Assembly: GCA_951406725.2 (NCBI GenBank)
Contig: OX597815.1
Location: 148,924,001 to 148,988,000, forward strand
Length of the DNA: 64,000 bases
Reading direction: 5' to 3'
Origin: Octopus vulgaris
Lineage: Eukaryota
This document shows positions 50,701 to 64,000 of this stretch, piece after piece. Numbering within the stretch: the first letter of the stretch is position 1; every line of letters begins with the position of its first letter. The notes under the pieces are model-generated. The model saw only the letters and a list, made by a program, of their open reading frames with translations. It searched no databases and was not told the DNA's origin. The position numbers and the translations under genes are program-made.

Positions 50701-51789
50701 CATACACACAAACACACACACACTCAAACACACACGCACACACACGCACACCCACACCCACACACACACACACATATATATATATCCATGCATATTTAGA
50801 CTAGATCTAAATATTCTGCAGTTTATTTCCTAATAAACCAAGCATCTTTTATACATTTATAAATAATTGTTACTTGTACATATACATGTGTTTCTACATT
50901 GGCAATATTTAAGCTTCTCCATTCCTTTAGATACATGTTTTTTTAATTTTATGTTTGTTTTCTCTTCAAACACGCACACGCATACACACAAATACACACT
51001 CATATACTTCTATTAAAGACGGCGATTGTTGTAGATATATTGGTACTTTAATTGTAAGAATTTCATATCATTTGTTTTGGCTTTCCTTCCGTCGTCTATT
51101 TATTATCGTTGATATAAATATTTTTGGAGCTACTTAAATTTATCGATTTGTAATAAGTAATTTTTTCAGTATTCTGAAAGCAGATATTACATTTCGTCTC
51201 TGTTTATCTTTGAAATAATATTTTCCTTATTCTTATCTCATTTACGCTAAGTGAAATATGTAACACTTTTCTAATAGGCAGAAAGTCCTATTGATTTTGT
51301 CAATGATTCTACATTCATTTTGAACGGCAGTGTTTCTAAGTCAGTGTTGCAATAACAAAACAATATAAGTTTGCAGAGACAATGATAAATATTATTAACA
51401 CTACGGTCGTAACTTGGGTTGTCATATCTTTACTGATGTTTACGTACCAAATTAACGATTCCATACTAGAGACAAACAAAATATTTATCAGATACTAGCT
51501 AGCTGCAACCAGATATCTGGTAGCGGCTAGCTAGTGACAGCTATCTGTTTCCTTCGTTTATTTATTTTCAATGAATAACAAATCGTAATTGGTTATACCA
51601 GAACAGAAAACTATACATTTAAACTAGTTGCATATAATTATGTTCACAGGGACTTGAGTAGACAGACATCGTTCGAATGAATTTAATACTGAAACTACAT
51701 GGCTATTTGTTGAGAGTGTATACACACACACAAGCACACACACACATACACACATATACATACACACAAACACTAATATAAATGTATGC

Positions 51790-51945
51790 GAAGGTGTGGC
51801 TGTGTGGTAAGTAGCCTGCTTCCCAACGACATGGCTCTGATTTCTGTGTCCCTGCATAGCAACTTGGGCAAGTGTCTTCTATTATATCTTTGGGCCGACC
51901 AAAGTCTTGTGAGTGGATTTGGTAGACGGAAACTGTAAGTCCGTG
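51790..51945 (+). mobile_element. tRNA-derived SINE 5' part, family of 45447-45813
   Basis: GTGGCTGTGTGGTAAGTAGC...CTTGGGCAAGTGTCTTCT...GGATTTGGTAGACGGAAACTG. Confidence 0.7.
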
Positions 51946-52460
51946 CTATATACATATATATTATATCCTTAAAACGTTTGGATATATGATTTAACGAAGC
52001 GGAGTTAAAATCAATGTCTTCATAAGACGTACTTTTTATTTCAAAAACACCCTCTCACGTCATCAGCGATATGATAATCCGACGAGTTCATTTCTTAAAC
52101 ACACAGGTGTGTTAATGTCTATCACCACAAAACCTCCCCTTTTGAGATTGACTTCTGCTGCAAGGGAATAATTGTCTAGTTTTATTACTTAACATCTCCC
52201 TCTTTGATATTTACTTCCATTTTTTCGTTTTGAAACTACCTCCAACATTTCCGTATGCTTTCTGATTCTTGTACTGTTTCGGCTTGGCTCGATGATTCCT
52301 TGTGGTGTCGGTACAACAAAAATACCGCAGTGAACTTCCATGGGTATTTCTTTCTGCGTAACCCTTTTTTCGGCAGACCTTTTCAGTCAGCTGAAATTGT
52401 TCTTCTGGATCTTTCCTATAAATTGAACATATATATATTCATATATGTATATATATATAA

Positions 52461-52493
<33 letters not shown>

Positions 52494-52522
52494 CATACAT
52501 ACATGCATGCACACACACACAT

Positions 52523-52590
<68 letters not shown>

Positions 52591-52743
52591 TACATGTATA
52601 TAAATTAGAGAAGGACCACCATATAGCAATTCAACAATGGTATGCTTAAATCATACCATATAGAAAAAATTAAAGATGCGATAAAATATTTACCTAGAAC
52701 TAAATAACATACGATATATAAAAAATAGTATATAATTAGTAAA

Positions 52744-52823
52744 TAGACTACACATGTTTCGTGGCTATATGTTTCAACTGATAACAGTAAAATCAATTCA
52801 AATATAATGACTTATCAGGTCCA
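52744..52823 (-). ncRNA. Degenerate hammerhead motif within an AT-rich Penelope-like remnant (about 52600-53850)
   Basis: TGGAC-CTGATAA-GT...AC-GAAAC-ATGT-GTA-GTCTA. Stem I pairs, core G8 changed to A. Confidence 0.45.
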
Positions 52824-53230
52824 AGATAAAAGCAAAAAAATAATTTAATAAATGTACGTATATTATATTATGAGAAAATAAGAATATATTTAAATATACG
52901 TAATTTTTCAATAAAAAAATCTAACAAAATTCAACAATATATCTTAAAAGAAAAACATGAAATATCTTATTAAATATATTCTGCTAATTGAATCTTTATA
53001 TTTAATACGTAGGACTTATTTGTAATAAATTTATAATAAATATTTATTAAAAAATTATCTCTTTAAAACGTGTTGTAAATAAAACTAGAATAGATATAGA
53101 TATTTATTTTCTCTATGAAAATATATTTTAGCTTATAGAAGAAAAAATAGCAAACTATAAAATATCATTACTAGAAAATTCAAATACAAGTAATTAAAAC
53201 AAACTATTTAAAAACAATATATATACATAC

Positions 53231-53314
<84 letters not shown>

Positions 53315-53857
53315 TCACTACTTGAATGGACCATAAACAAAACTTGACTTAAACAGGATTCAAATAATCCTATCAGGTGGTGCTATTAAGTTAGACATGG
53401 CCTGGACCAATCTGTGGTCGAAACATATCTAAGTTTATCTAAGTATATATATTGATATAAGATACATAATATACATTAAGTGAAGCTAAAATACTATAAT
53501 TTAATCTATATACAAAACATTATTTATTTATTTAATAAACATCTAAGTTAAATGTTGTTCTAATTAAGTAATATATACTAAAAGAATTTCATGCTAATAT
53601 TTGGAAGGTAGTGAAAAATATTCAATTTCATAAATACCAAAATAAACATAATAAATATTTAAAATAATTAGCTATTAGAATAAAAGAAATGTGAAATATT
53701 GAAAGTATTATTATAGTACAATCAGATAAAACTAATAACCTATATAAACTAGATATTAAATTATATGATAACCTACTAAAGAAATAAATAAATAAACATA
53801 TAAAATTGTTCTAGAAAATACATTTTATAATATAAATAAAGACTGTAATTTAATAAT

Positions 53858-54005
53858 GATACAGCAACTCATTTCTACAGCTGAGTTAACTGGAACAACG
53901 GGAAATAAAGTGTCTTGCTCAAGAACGCAACACACATCCCAGTGGCGGAATCGAACTCACTACCTCATGATTGCGAGCCCGACCCTCTAACCACTGAGCT
54001 ATGCA
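53858..54005 (-). mobile_element. tRNA-derived CORE-like SINE 5' part
   Basis: TAGCTCAGTGGTTAGAGGG...GAGTTCGATTCC on the minus strand, core shared with the 15-kb copy. Confidence 0.75.
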
Positions 54006-54667
54006 AACGCTGTCAATTTTGAATAAGTTATATGTGGGTGTATGTTGAAAGCCGTATATTAATGTGTAGCCACATTTGATTTACTAGAATTCAACATATG
54101 AAATATTGCGTATTTTTACGCTGATCTAAATAGGTTGGTAAGGAAACGTAAGTTTCAATTAGGTAAATTTTTCTGTAACATTTGCATGAAGTGAATAGTT
54201 ATAATAAGATATCATCATTTTATGAAATATTAAATTTAGTAGTTACTTAAGGACAAAATTATTATTATATACATTACCTATCTTAATACTCACAGTGTCT
54301 AACGCAGCCAGCTGGCGGATGCTTTAGAATGCCAGACAAAATGCTTAACGGCATTTAGCTCGCCTTTACACTTTGATTTCAAATTCCACCGAATTCGCCT
54401 TCAGCTTTCATCCTTTCATGGTCTCTAAAATAACTATGTCAAAATTGCTGGCCTTGTGCTTAAATTTGTAATGAATATATTTCATATTGTCATGTTTTTT
54501 TTTTTGCAACATTCACAAAGTTGCTAACATTAATGCAGAATACATGATAGCCATTACACTATCCAAAACTTGATGCAAAATAACTTAATGCGTTTCATTG
54601 TAGAGTACAAGTGCTAACAATTTATTGTAAATTGAACTTAATAATCCTAAAGAACATTCACGTTTAT

Positions 54668-54850
54668 AGTTCTATATTTAAGAGATGACGAATTATATGC
54701 CTTTATATATTATTTTCATTTGACGGATATTTGTCCTCTTCTTGATTGTTGTTAACACAACATTTCGGCTGATATACCCTCCAGGCTTTATCAGGTGTCT
54801 TGGGGAAATTTCTGACTTGGTTTGTCATTCCTAATGTATTTTGCGATGCT
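54668..54850 (-). mobile_element. Penelope-type tail with hammerhead-like motif (tRNA-head/(AAT)n family)
   Basis: Minus strand GACAC-CTGATAA-A-GCCTG GAGGGTATAT CAGCC-GAAAT-GTT-GTGTT at 54799-54753. Confidence 0.7.
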
Positions 54851-54881
54851 ATTATCATCATCATCATCATCATCATCCTTA

Positions 54882-54946
<65 letters not shown>

Positions 54947-54959
54947 GTTATTATTGAGT

Positions 54960-55185
54960 CGGCGTCGACGAGGAATACCTGATGCACCTGTTCAAGACGA
55001 ATTTCGGGCCGGTTCCTATGGACAACTTCCAGAGATCCCTGGCCTGGCAGTGCTACCGAAAAGCGCTACCCGTTCGGGATAAGCTCTACCGACACGGCTC
55101 GAGAAACACGGAGCCGACCTGCCCGAGATGCAGTCAGAACGACGAAACCGTTCTGCACGCCGTGTCCAGCCATTTCCGACCTGTG
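54960..55185 (+). mobile_element. L1/Tx1-type LINE C-terminal zinc-binding (zf-RVT-like) fragment
   Basis: ORF 54982-55197 reads SLAWQCYRKALPVRDKL...CPRCSQNDETVLHA, matching the W..LP...CxxC...ET..H pattern. Markedly GC-rich relative to its flanks. Confidence 0.7.
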
Positions 55186-55567
55186 GGGCCCTATTAGAAT
55201 TTTCTTCTAGTCGAGTAGCCAATCTCGCTCAAAAGGTCTCTCAATAAGGGTTGTTTAAGTATATTGAACGAAACACCCATGCTTCCAAAGGTGAATTATT
55301 CAAACCCCAAATAATACCTTTCAACACATGGCTATGATGCTTCCCCACTATTTCTGCCCGTGATCAGAGATGCACATATCGTCAGCGACTTATGGACATG
55401 CTCAACTGGTTAAAGTCAAACAATTATGAAGCAAATCTGTGGTATTGAGCAGAATATTTGCTGTAGCCCATCGTTTATACTAAGATAAGACAATGTATAT
55501 GATAACACTTCCAATCAGCTAAGATCAGAAGTCACGAGAGCCGCTGGTTGGTACTGCATCAGGGCAT
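55183..55567. mobile_element. Second copy of the unclassified (ATT)n-embedded repeat
   Basis: Collinear with about 19503-19884. Confidence 0.75.
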
Positions 55568-55584
55568 TTATTATTATTATTATT

Positions 55585-56041
<457 letters not shown>

Positions 56042-56049
56042 CATTACTA

Positions 56050-56108
<59 letters not shown>

Positions 56109-56133
56109 ATTATTATTATTATCATCATTATTA

Positions 56134-56186
<53 letters not shown>

Positions 56187-57955
56187 AAACGTTTATCTTA
56201 TGCGAATTTGCATTTCAAATGGGTAAAAAATATCAGTTTGAAAATAGTAGAATGAGGACATATCGCACGATGTTTCCACAGAACAAGGCTGGATAGTGTA
56301 CATTTACTTTTGCAAACAAAAACAAAAAAAGAGTAAGATAAAAGCAAACCTGTCACTGAAATGCGAAAATTGCATGAGTAACAAATGATTGGAAGTAGTC
56401 AGAACTATGTACATAAATTTCTGTAGAAATATTAATTAATATACACGAATACGTAGAACGTCAGTTACAAATCAAGATAAAACACGAAGCTACACACTTT
56501 AAATTTTGTCTCGTACCATTTTGGCTGAGCGATTGTCAGAGAGAAGAAACAATAATCAAAAATAGAAAAAATAGTGATAGTAATACTATATATGTATGAG
56601 ACAAATCTGTATACTGTTAACATCAATTTGCAAATATTAGTAAATGTTATTGGATATCAAACAAGTGAGCTACTGGCTCAATTTGTATAAAGTAGTCATG
56701 GGTTATTGTTGAAAACTATGTTCCCACACTGAGATTCCTAGCTTCAAGCAGAATAAGCGGAATATAAAAACAAAGCAATACATTTAAGGGAGGTTGCTTA
56801 AATTTTTGTTGTTGTTGTAAATATAAATTTAGAAGCTTAAGAGATCAGTGTTACGATGTCTTACCTGGCCTTTGCCAGTGAGTTGACGCTTTTTGGGGAG
56901 ATGATAAACTCATCAGTGAATCGTAGTCTCCATATAATTATTATCTTACTAACCGTATATCGCGTCAACGAAGAAAATACGACGAAAAACGAAGTTGTCG
57001 GACAGGCAAGTAACAATAAGAAAATCCGTCTTAAGGCATGCGTTTTCTTGCAAGAATAGAATGAATGATACAGTGATAAATATTTTGACCTTCAATAAAA
57101 TAAATTCGAGGGACAATGATGAGGAGAGTTCCAATGTGGGCACCTGCCAATTGATGTAAACTAGGTCTGACTGAAACTGCGAGAAATGTAAATACCTTAG
57201 AAATGATCTAAATTATTACTTTAGAACCAGCAAACACATTAGTAGTTTCTTCCGGACATTATGTACTGACTAAACTGTAGCAATATTTCATTGTCTTTTT
57301 TAATTAGGATTTTTCTGTTCCGCGTAAAAGACATTATCTACAATAGTGTGATTACATTCTAATCATATTGTAATTTAATCTATGTTGTAAATAATATGAA
57401 TTTAGTTGAGTGATGATTAAAAATGAACAAAATATTTAATCATGTAGGAATAAAAAAACATCATTTCTTTATCTAGTTATTTCTTTACGGTAATCTTTTA
57501 CCTGAAGATGAGAAAATTGTACTTAGAAACGAAGTAAATTACTTACAAATATAATATAAAGAAAAAAAAATAAACAGAAATCTAATACCAGGATAAATAT
57601 GTATGTTGTTATTCAGCGTGGATGCAATTACTTTCAGAAAACCATCTCACAAAGCCATCCCACTCGTTCATACAAAGTGACAATCAGACAGAAATCACAC
57701 ATCCGGGGATGACATGGAACTGTGGAGTTGTGAAATACGGTGGAAGGCCAATTTATTAAAGCAGCATGTAAAATATGCAATTCTCAAATTGAGTCTACCT
57801 TCGCTAGATGAACAAGAAATAGTTTAGAAAATATCTGGCATATCTGTCAGATTTATACGTAGTATATTTCCAACCAAATTCTCTTCCTCACTTAATTTAG
57901 ACTTCGTAAACCTAACGGAAACCAATTTGCGACGACGCAATGCATTGTCTTAAAG

Positions 57956-58018
<63 letters not shown>

Positions 58019-58692
58019 AATTTCAGCGTCGAAGGTGTTTATAAGCCATTTAAGAAACACACAAAACCGTTAGGTTCACTTCAACAGTTAAATTTAGTTT
58101 GTCAAAATATTTTCGTCGCTTTGAGACCACGACCTGTTCCCTGACAAAACTTCGTGCTGCATCTGAGAAAGTAACAGTTAGTTCATGATATATATATATA
58201 TATGTACGTATGTATGTGTGTGTGTATATATGTATGTATGTATTCGTGTATGTATGTATGTGTGTACATGTATGTGCGCATGCATGTGTGCATGCCTATA
58301 CGCATGTATATATGTACTTATGTACTTACGTATGTATGTGAGTATTTAGGAGAGTGTGTAGACGTGTCTGTGTGTGTGTACATGTGTAGTTCAAGTTATA
58401 TACATGACTGTTACCTTGTTGAAATTTGTATATACACACACATATACATTTATATAGACACACACATATGTGTGTGCACGTGTGTGTGCATTTGTCCTTC
58501 TCACCACGGTCTAACGGTGAATAGATACAACGTCTAAGATGCATATATACACATATAACCTTACACATATATACAAGTACACACAATCAAATAGACACTT
58601 ACACATACTCACAAATATACGTATAATCTTAAAGTATACACACATATACGCTCATCCATCTCTACATACATATGCATATATATATATATATA

Positions 58693-58738
<46 letters not shown>

Positions 58739-58816
58739 GGGCAAGTGTTTTCTTCTATAGTCGTGGGCCGACCAACGCATTTTTAGCGGATTTGGTAGAT
58801 GGAAACTGAAAGAAAC

Positions 58817-59620
58817 TCATCGTCTGTCTGGATGTTTTGCGTTCTTGTCCCATTTTTGGTAATCCTTTTGATATAAATATAGCGGCGTACGTACACTTTG
58901 GTCTCTTATATGTAAGTACACACACATACACATACACACAAACATACACACACAGACCGACAGACACCCACACACACACGTATGTATATATAAATTTTGA
59001 ACGACTCTATAATTCTTTCATTCATTACTTTCTATCAGTCTATTCATATTTAATTCGTTTTTTCCACTCTTCTTTCTTTTATTACCCCTCTGTCATATTC
59101 CTGGCTTTCTCTCTTCATCCTCCCCTTCGCTCCTTTTTCCTTTCATTTGCTCCTTTTCTTTCTTGGCCAAGCCAGACCATTCTTATTTGGTTCGACCATC
59201 ATCGGTACAACAGCTACACTCCTCCCTATGCTTGTCATCTCTTATGTCCCTGCCATAAGGCTTCACTTCCACACACGCCAGCTTAATTTAATTTGTCGTT
59301 AGTCGAAAGACACCCGTTGGTAATGTCCTGTTATTGCATTTGTGCACCATTTCTACGTTTATTTTCTGTTGTTGTCTTCGTATATATTTGCTGCATTCTT
59401 CCAAGGAAGTTAATGCTGTTAGCTTATTTTTTCCTTGGGGCTGGCCAGATTGGAGCAATCTCGAGTATAATCAGCCAAAATTGCAAAGATAATCTGGATC
59501 TCGACTGAGGAAAGAAAACACCTCATGACCCGTCCTTTTTTCGCATCGTCTGTCTGGATTTTTTGCGTTCTTGTTCCATTTTTGGTATTCCTTTTTTATA
59601 TAAATATCGCGGCGTTTGTG
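58817..59620 (+). mobile_element. Non-autonomous Penelope-like element with ~70-bp terminal direct repeats
   Basis: CATCGTCTGTCTGGAT.TTTTGCGTTCTTGT.CCATTTTTGGTA...GCGGCGT occurs at about 58818 and 59544. Confidence 0.55.
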
Positions 59621-59762
59621 TGTATCAAACTATATATGTATGTATATATATATATATAATATATTAATTAGAGACAAAACCACTATTTTGCAAATCAAAC
59701 AAAGAAATACTTAATCCAATACATAAAACAATTTTAATATAAATTAAATGAAATTATATTCG

Positions 59763-59808
59763 CCACTACAATTGTTTCATGTCTCTTCTCAAGACATTCA
59801 TCAGGTGG
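59763..59808 (-). ncRNA. Minimal type I hammerhead ribozyme with intact catalytic core
   Basis: Minus strand CCAC-CUGAUGA-AUGUCU UGAGAAG AGACAU-GAAAC-AAUU-GUA|GUGG: 4-bp stem I, 6-bp stem II, short palindromic stem III (ACAAUUGU), GUA cleavage triplet. Lies within a Penelope-type repeat at 59660-59815. Confidence 0.8.
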
Positions 59809-59881
59809 ATTTCATGTACATATACATATACATACACACATACCCCCACAAACATACGCACACAAACACTCACACATATAT

Positions 59882-59989
59882 AGAGAGAGAGATAGACAGA
59901 TAGACAGATAGACAGAAAGACAGACAGACAGAGAGAGTGATAGATAGATAGATTGATAGATAGACAGACAGACAGACATACAGATAGAT

Positions 59990-60074
<85 letters not shown>
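59882..60074. repeat. (GATA)n/(GACA)n microsatellite
   Basis: Direct reading. Confidence 0.9.
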
Positions 60075-60076
<2 letters not shown>

Positions 60077-61007
60077 ATATCAGTGTCGTTAATGTTTCTC
60101 TAAAGAACACGAGATTGTGAATTCGATTCCTGTACCGGGTATTGCGTTGTATTCTTGAGCGAAATATTTCACTTCCGTTGCTCTGCGATCACTACATCTG
60201 ATATGTGGCACGAAATGCGCCCGTACAGGCGATGTCAATTTGATGTACGGAGTGGTCTAATGAATAGCACAACACATATAACTTCTAGTTCAATGCTATG
60301 AACAATATTTAGCATTGAATTTACAAATAGAAACTGTATTTAAAGACTTTAATTGTATGAATCGTTTCTTTCGTTGAAAGTTCCTGATTAGTATAAATCC
60401 GAGTGGCCAATTGTAAGCTACTGTACATTTACAGAGACCTAGTGAAGAAGGGCATGGTGGTGGATGCGTAATTATTACGTCACGAAACTTTCTGAATATA
60501 TTACGTAGTCTGTTGGCAGTAATAATACAAATATATCTACATAGTGAAACAGGAAATTGGATGCATTTTATCGGAGAGATTCAATTGTTGATTTATTGGT
60601 TTTTACTATTTTGGAACAGTATATATTTCCAAATATCGTCTACTGCATGATTTAGTATATTTTGACATATAAACCAAATTATTCCAAGCTTTTATCAATA
60701 TGAAAACCATAAATTGATGCTTTATATTTGTCATGATTTCTTCCTTAGGTTAAAGTAACAGAAGGCAATATTTAAGTGATTGCATTGATGGTTAAGATGG
60801 TACTGCATTATCAGGTCTGGTTCCTTTTTTTTTTTATATTGTATGCATTGAGAGATGAAGTGAAATTTCAAGTATTAGGGAATATACAGACGTTGAGAAA
60901 GACGATTTTCGCAAAACTACATCATACCATAGTGAAGAATTGAAATCATCTCTTAATTTTCTGATACTGACTTGGACAGTACCATAAATATGTTTTTCAA
61001 GTTTTGG

Positions 61008-61190
61008 TTCAAGGCCAACCATTTTGAGAAAGTGGGTAAGTCAATTACATCAACCCGAGTGCTGAACTGGTACTTATTTTATTAACACCGAAGGGATGAT
61101 AGGTGAAGTAGGCCTCGACAGAACTCGAAATCAGAATGTAAAAACGAACGAAAAGCTGCAAAACGTTTTGCCCAGCCAGATCGCCGCCTT
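61008..61190 (-). mobile_element. tRNA-derived SINE, family of 3471-3596
   Basis: Minus strand AAGGCGGCGATCTGGC...GAGTTCTGTCGAGGCCTACTTCACCTATCATCCCTTCGG...AAAATAAGTACCAGTT. Confidence 0.65.
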
Positions 61191-61947
61191 AATATTACCA
61201 TAAATATTACCCGGAAAATCGCTTAAATTTTTACCATAACTACCACTACAATCACAAAGATAGAATACACATTCCAAGAACACAATAGAAAAAAAAACCA
61301 TACATCAATATATGAGTCAATTAAACGCCAAGAATTTTAAACATGTTAGAGCAACATTGTCTAAAAGACATTAAATTAAACGCCACTAATTACAGTGATG
61401 GCTACATCTCTAACAATTAATTCCGCGTATTTAACGTCTTTTGTCTTCTAATCCATATTTGTTCATAGGATGCCTGTCTCCTGTCTAGTATCTTTTACAA
61501 ACTATAGAGGGATTTCTATATTTACCAGTCAATTGGACGAGAACAGCATGGCAATGTAGCCAGTCATAATTTATTTCACGCCAATGGAAAGAAATGGTAT
61601 TTCAGATTAATGACAAGTCACATGAGGTTCGGTTTATGAGAGAGAAAACAATTGCGTCCCAAAACCGGTTTTCAGCTTCAGAATTTGTAGTGAATATTTA
61701 AATTTGATGACATCCCTTCAAGTAACTTACACTTATCCTTTTGCAACGTATTCGAATTTTATATGCGATGATTATGAATCATAAAGAAATGCATCTCTTC
61801 CTCAATCTTGTTATTACCGCGTTTAACATGACACTGGGGCAGATAGATTACATCGGTATCTCGTCTGATATATTAATTTAAGTAGCATGTTGTGCGTGTG
61901 CGTATGTGTGTGTGTGTGTGTGTGTGTGAGTGTATACCAGTATATAT

Positions 61948-62124
61948 TTTCTTTAACATGTTTCCGTCATTAGACACCGCCTTGAAGTTTTCAGTCATTA
62001 CACACTGCCCTGTGGCACTGCCTTGAATGCTTAGACGAATTAATTGACTCCCAGTACTAATTTTACAAGCCTGGTACTTATTCTGGGGGTCCCTTTTGCT
62101 GAACCTCTAAGTTACGGGGTTTCA

Positions 62125-62171
<47 letters not shown>

Positions 62172-62272
62172 CACACACACACACACACACACATATGACG
62201 TGGTTCTTTTTAGTTTCCATCTGCTACATCGACTTACAAGTCTTTGGTCAGCTCGAGGATATAGCAGTACGA
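61948..62272 (-). mobile_element. SINE, family of 45447-45813, with expanded internal (CA)n
   Basis: CACCGCCTTGAAG, CTGGTACTTATTCT and GCTGAACCTCTAAGTTACGGGG resemble the 45.5-kb and 26.5-kb copies. Confidence 0.6.
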
Positions 62273-62757
62273 GATAGAACCGTGAAATCCTAAAGCAATA
62301 GGATTTAATTTAATTTTAGATAATGATTATTTAATTGTCGTAGAAATTGTAGCATGATAAATAAGAATTAGACAAATTAAGTCAGAAAATAAAGTTGTCA
62401 TTAAAAATAATAATTAAAACTGTTTGAAAAATACTAGTAACATGAGAAATGTATAAAAAAACATGAAAATGTAGATTCCGATGGGAGCATTCTTTACAAG
62501 ACAGCAAAGAAACGAAATTGTTATTTAGGTCATATTGTTTGCTGAATGCAACATAAAAGAAATAAAAATTCAGTAGCAAAATTTTGTTATTTAACGGTGC
62601 AGTTTAGCAGTTGTTAATCAAGCAATGGGACTTAATCTATCGAATTTTTTATGCTGAACTGCTAATTTAAAGAGACATAAATACAGAAAAACCGGTTGCT
62701 AAGCGTGTTGATAGCGAAGAAACACAGACACAAAGAAAAACACACAAACACACATAC

Positions 62758-62802
<45 letters not shown>

Positions 62803-62810
<8 letters not shown>

Positions 62811-63806
62811 CAGCTCAGAGAAGAAGAAGAAATGAAACGAAACCAAACGAATCGAATCGAATCGACGCGAAGGCGCTCAGTCATACAATAGTGTAATAAA
62901 TTAAATATATGCATACATACAAACATATATGTACGTACCTACATCTACATGTATATATACATGCATATATAAATATATATACTTGTGTACAGGACACCAT
63001 AAATAGACGTATAACTCAACAAGAAACGAAAACGTAAAAACAGCATGGAACGGACCATTCTTTTAACAACGAAAAAACTGAGTACAAGACAACTACACAA
63101 GGAAAAATCCCCTTCATCAGCCGTCCCTAGTTCAACTCCAGCGTGTTTCGAAGGTAAGGACAGAACACGTCTCGCCGAAATAGGCCTTCTTGCGAAAGAA
63201 TTAAATAAAATTCCTTTGCAGAGGGGTAAAAACAAGGAAAAAAAGTGACAAAAACAGGACGTAAAAACAATACAATTAAAAACAAATACAAAATAAAAAT
63301 ACAATTACAAGAAATACAGTACAAGAAGTAATAGAAACACGACAGGAAAACAAATAATGATGGCCTATAAGACTAGACGAGCAAAACATTTTTTCAGGAG
63401 CGCAGGAAGAAACATGCTTACTTGAATAATGCCGCCAGCGAAAGGAAATTTGTAGACCCGGCTGTGAGAGAGATGAGGAGTGAGAGAGAGAGCGATAGAG
63501 AGGAAGGAAGCAAAAGAGGGTGAAAGAAAGAGAGAAGAAGAAGTTATGGAGTTTCGCGTCATAATTATTTATAAAAACCAGCTTAGAGAAGAAGAAGAAA
63601 CGAAACGAAACCAAACGAATCGAATCGACGCGAAGGCACCCAGTCATACAATAGTGTAATAAATAAAATATATGCATACATACAAACTTATATGTATGTA
63701 CCTACATTTACATGTATATATACATGCATATATAAATATATATACGTGTGTACAGGACACCAAATAGGCGTAGAACTCAACGAGAAACGTAAACGTAAAA
63801 ACAGCA
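62803..63806 (-). mobile_element. Partially tandem (~1.3 units, period ~765 bp) non-coding Penelope-like element
   Basis: ~240-bp direct repeats at about 62803-63046 and 63571-63806. Internal CGAAACACG...CTGATGAAGG on - at 63150-63111. Bounded by (TA)n. Confidence 0.7.
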
Positions 63807-63829
63807 TATATATATATATATATGAGGAA

Positions 63830-64000
63830 TTACAACCGTGTTTCGTGTCTGCTATCACAACAGCTCTTTTATAGGATCCAGTTGGCTCAAGACATCATCA
63901 GGAGGAACCACGTCCGGTTTTGGCCCCTACTCCTCTATCATTTTGACGTGGCGCCCCCTCTCTTTCGGAGGTGTCTTCAGCTCTGGTGTTGGGTGCATGT
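63830..64000 (-). mobile_element. Penelope-type pseudo-LTR with hammerhead core, truncated by the window edge
   Basis: Minus strand CCTC-CTGATGA-TGTCT...AGACAC-GAAAC-ACG at 63905-63837. Stem I is not clearly closed. Confidence 0.45.

Overview
AT-rich, microsatellite-saturated animal genomic DNA. The repeat landscape resembles a coleoid cephalopod such as Octopus, which is an inference from repeat content only. Nearly all ORFs in the supplied track are microsatellite or repeat artefacts. One spliced protein-coding gene can be reconstructed on the + strand from four GT-AG exons (1090-1277, 2299-2499, 3934-4155, 4614-4814), with a possible upstream exon at 527-599 and AATAAA at 4853. It encodes an uncharacterised ~270-aa protein with one canonical EF-hand loop. 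The remaining ~59 kb is intergenic or intronic and filled with mobile elements: Penelope-like (GIY-YIG) remnants, RTE, R4/Dong-type and CR1-type LINEs, an L1/Tx1-type fragment, a mariner relic, several tRNA-derived SINE families and a 2.9-kb TG...CA non-coding element. The main unusual signals are (i) about a dozen minimal hammerhead-ribozyme-like motifs, one with a fully intact core at 59763-59808 (-); (ii) a non-autonomous element joining a tRNA-like Pol III head, an (AAT)n tract and a hammerhead-bearing Penelope-type tail, whose (AAT)n tract hosts nested R4/Dong LINEs; (iii) several long inverted repeats; (iv) a SINE/LINE pair with a shared, covarying 3' stem-loop.
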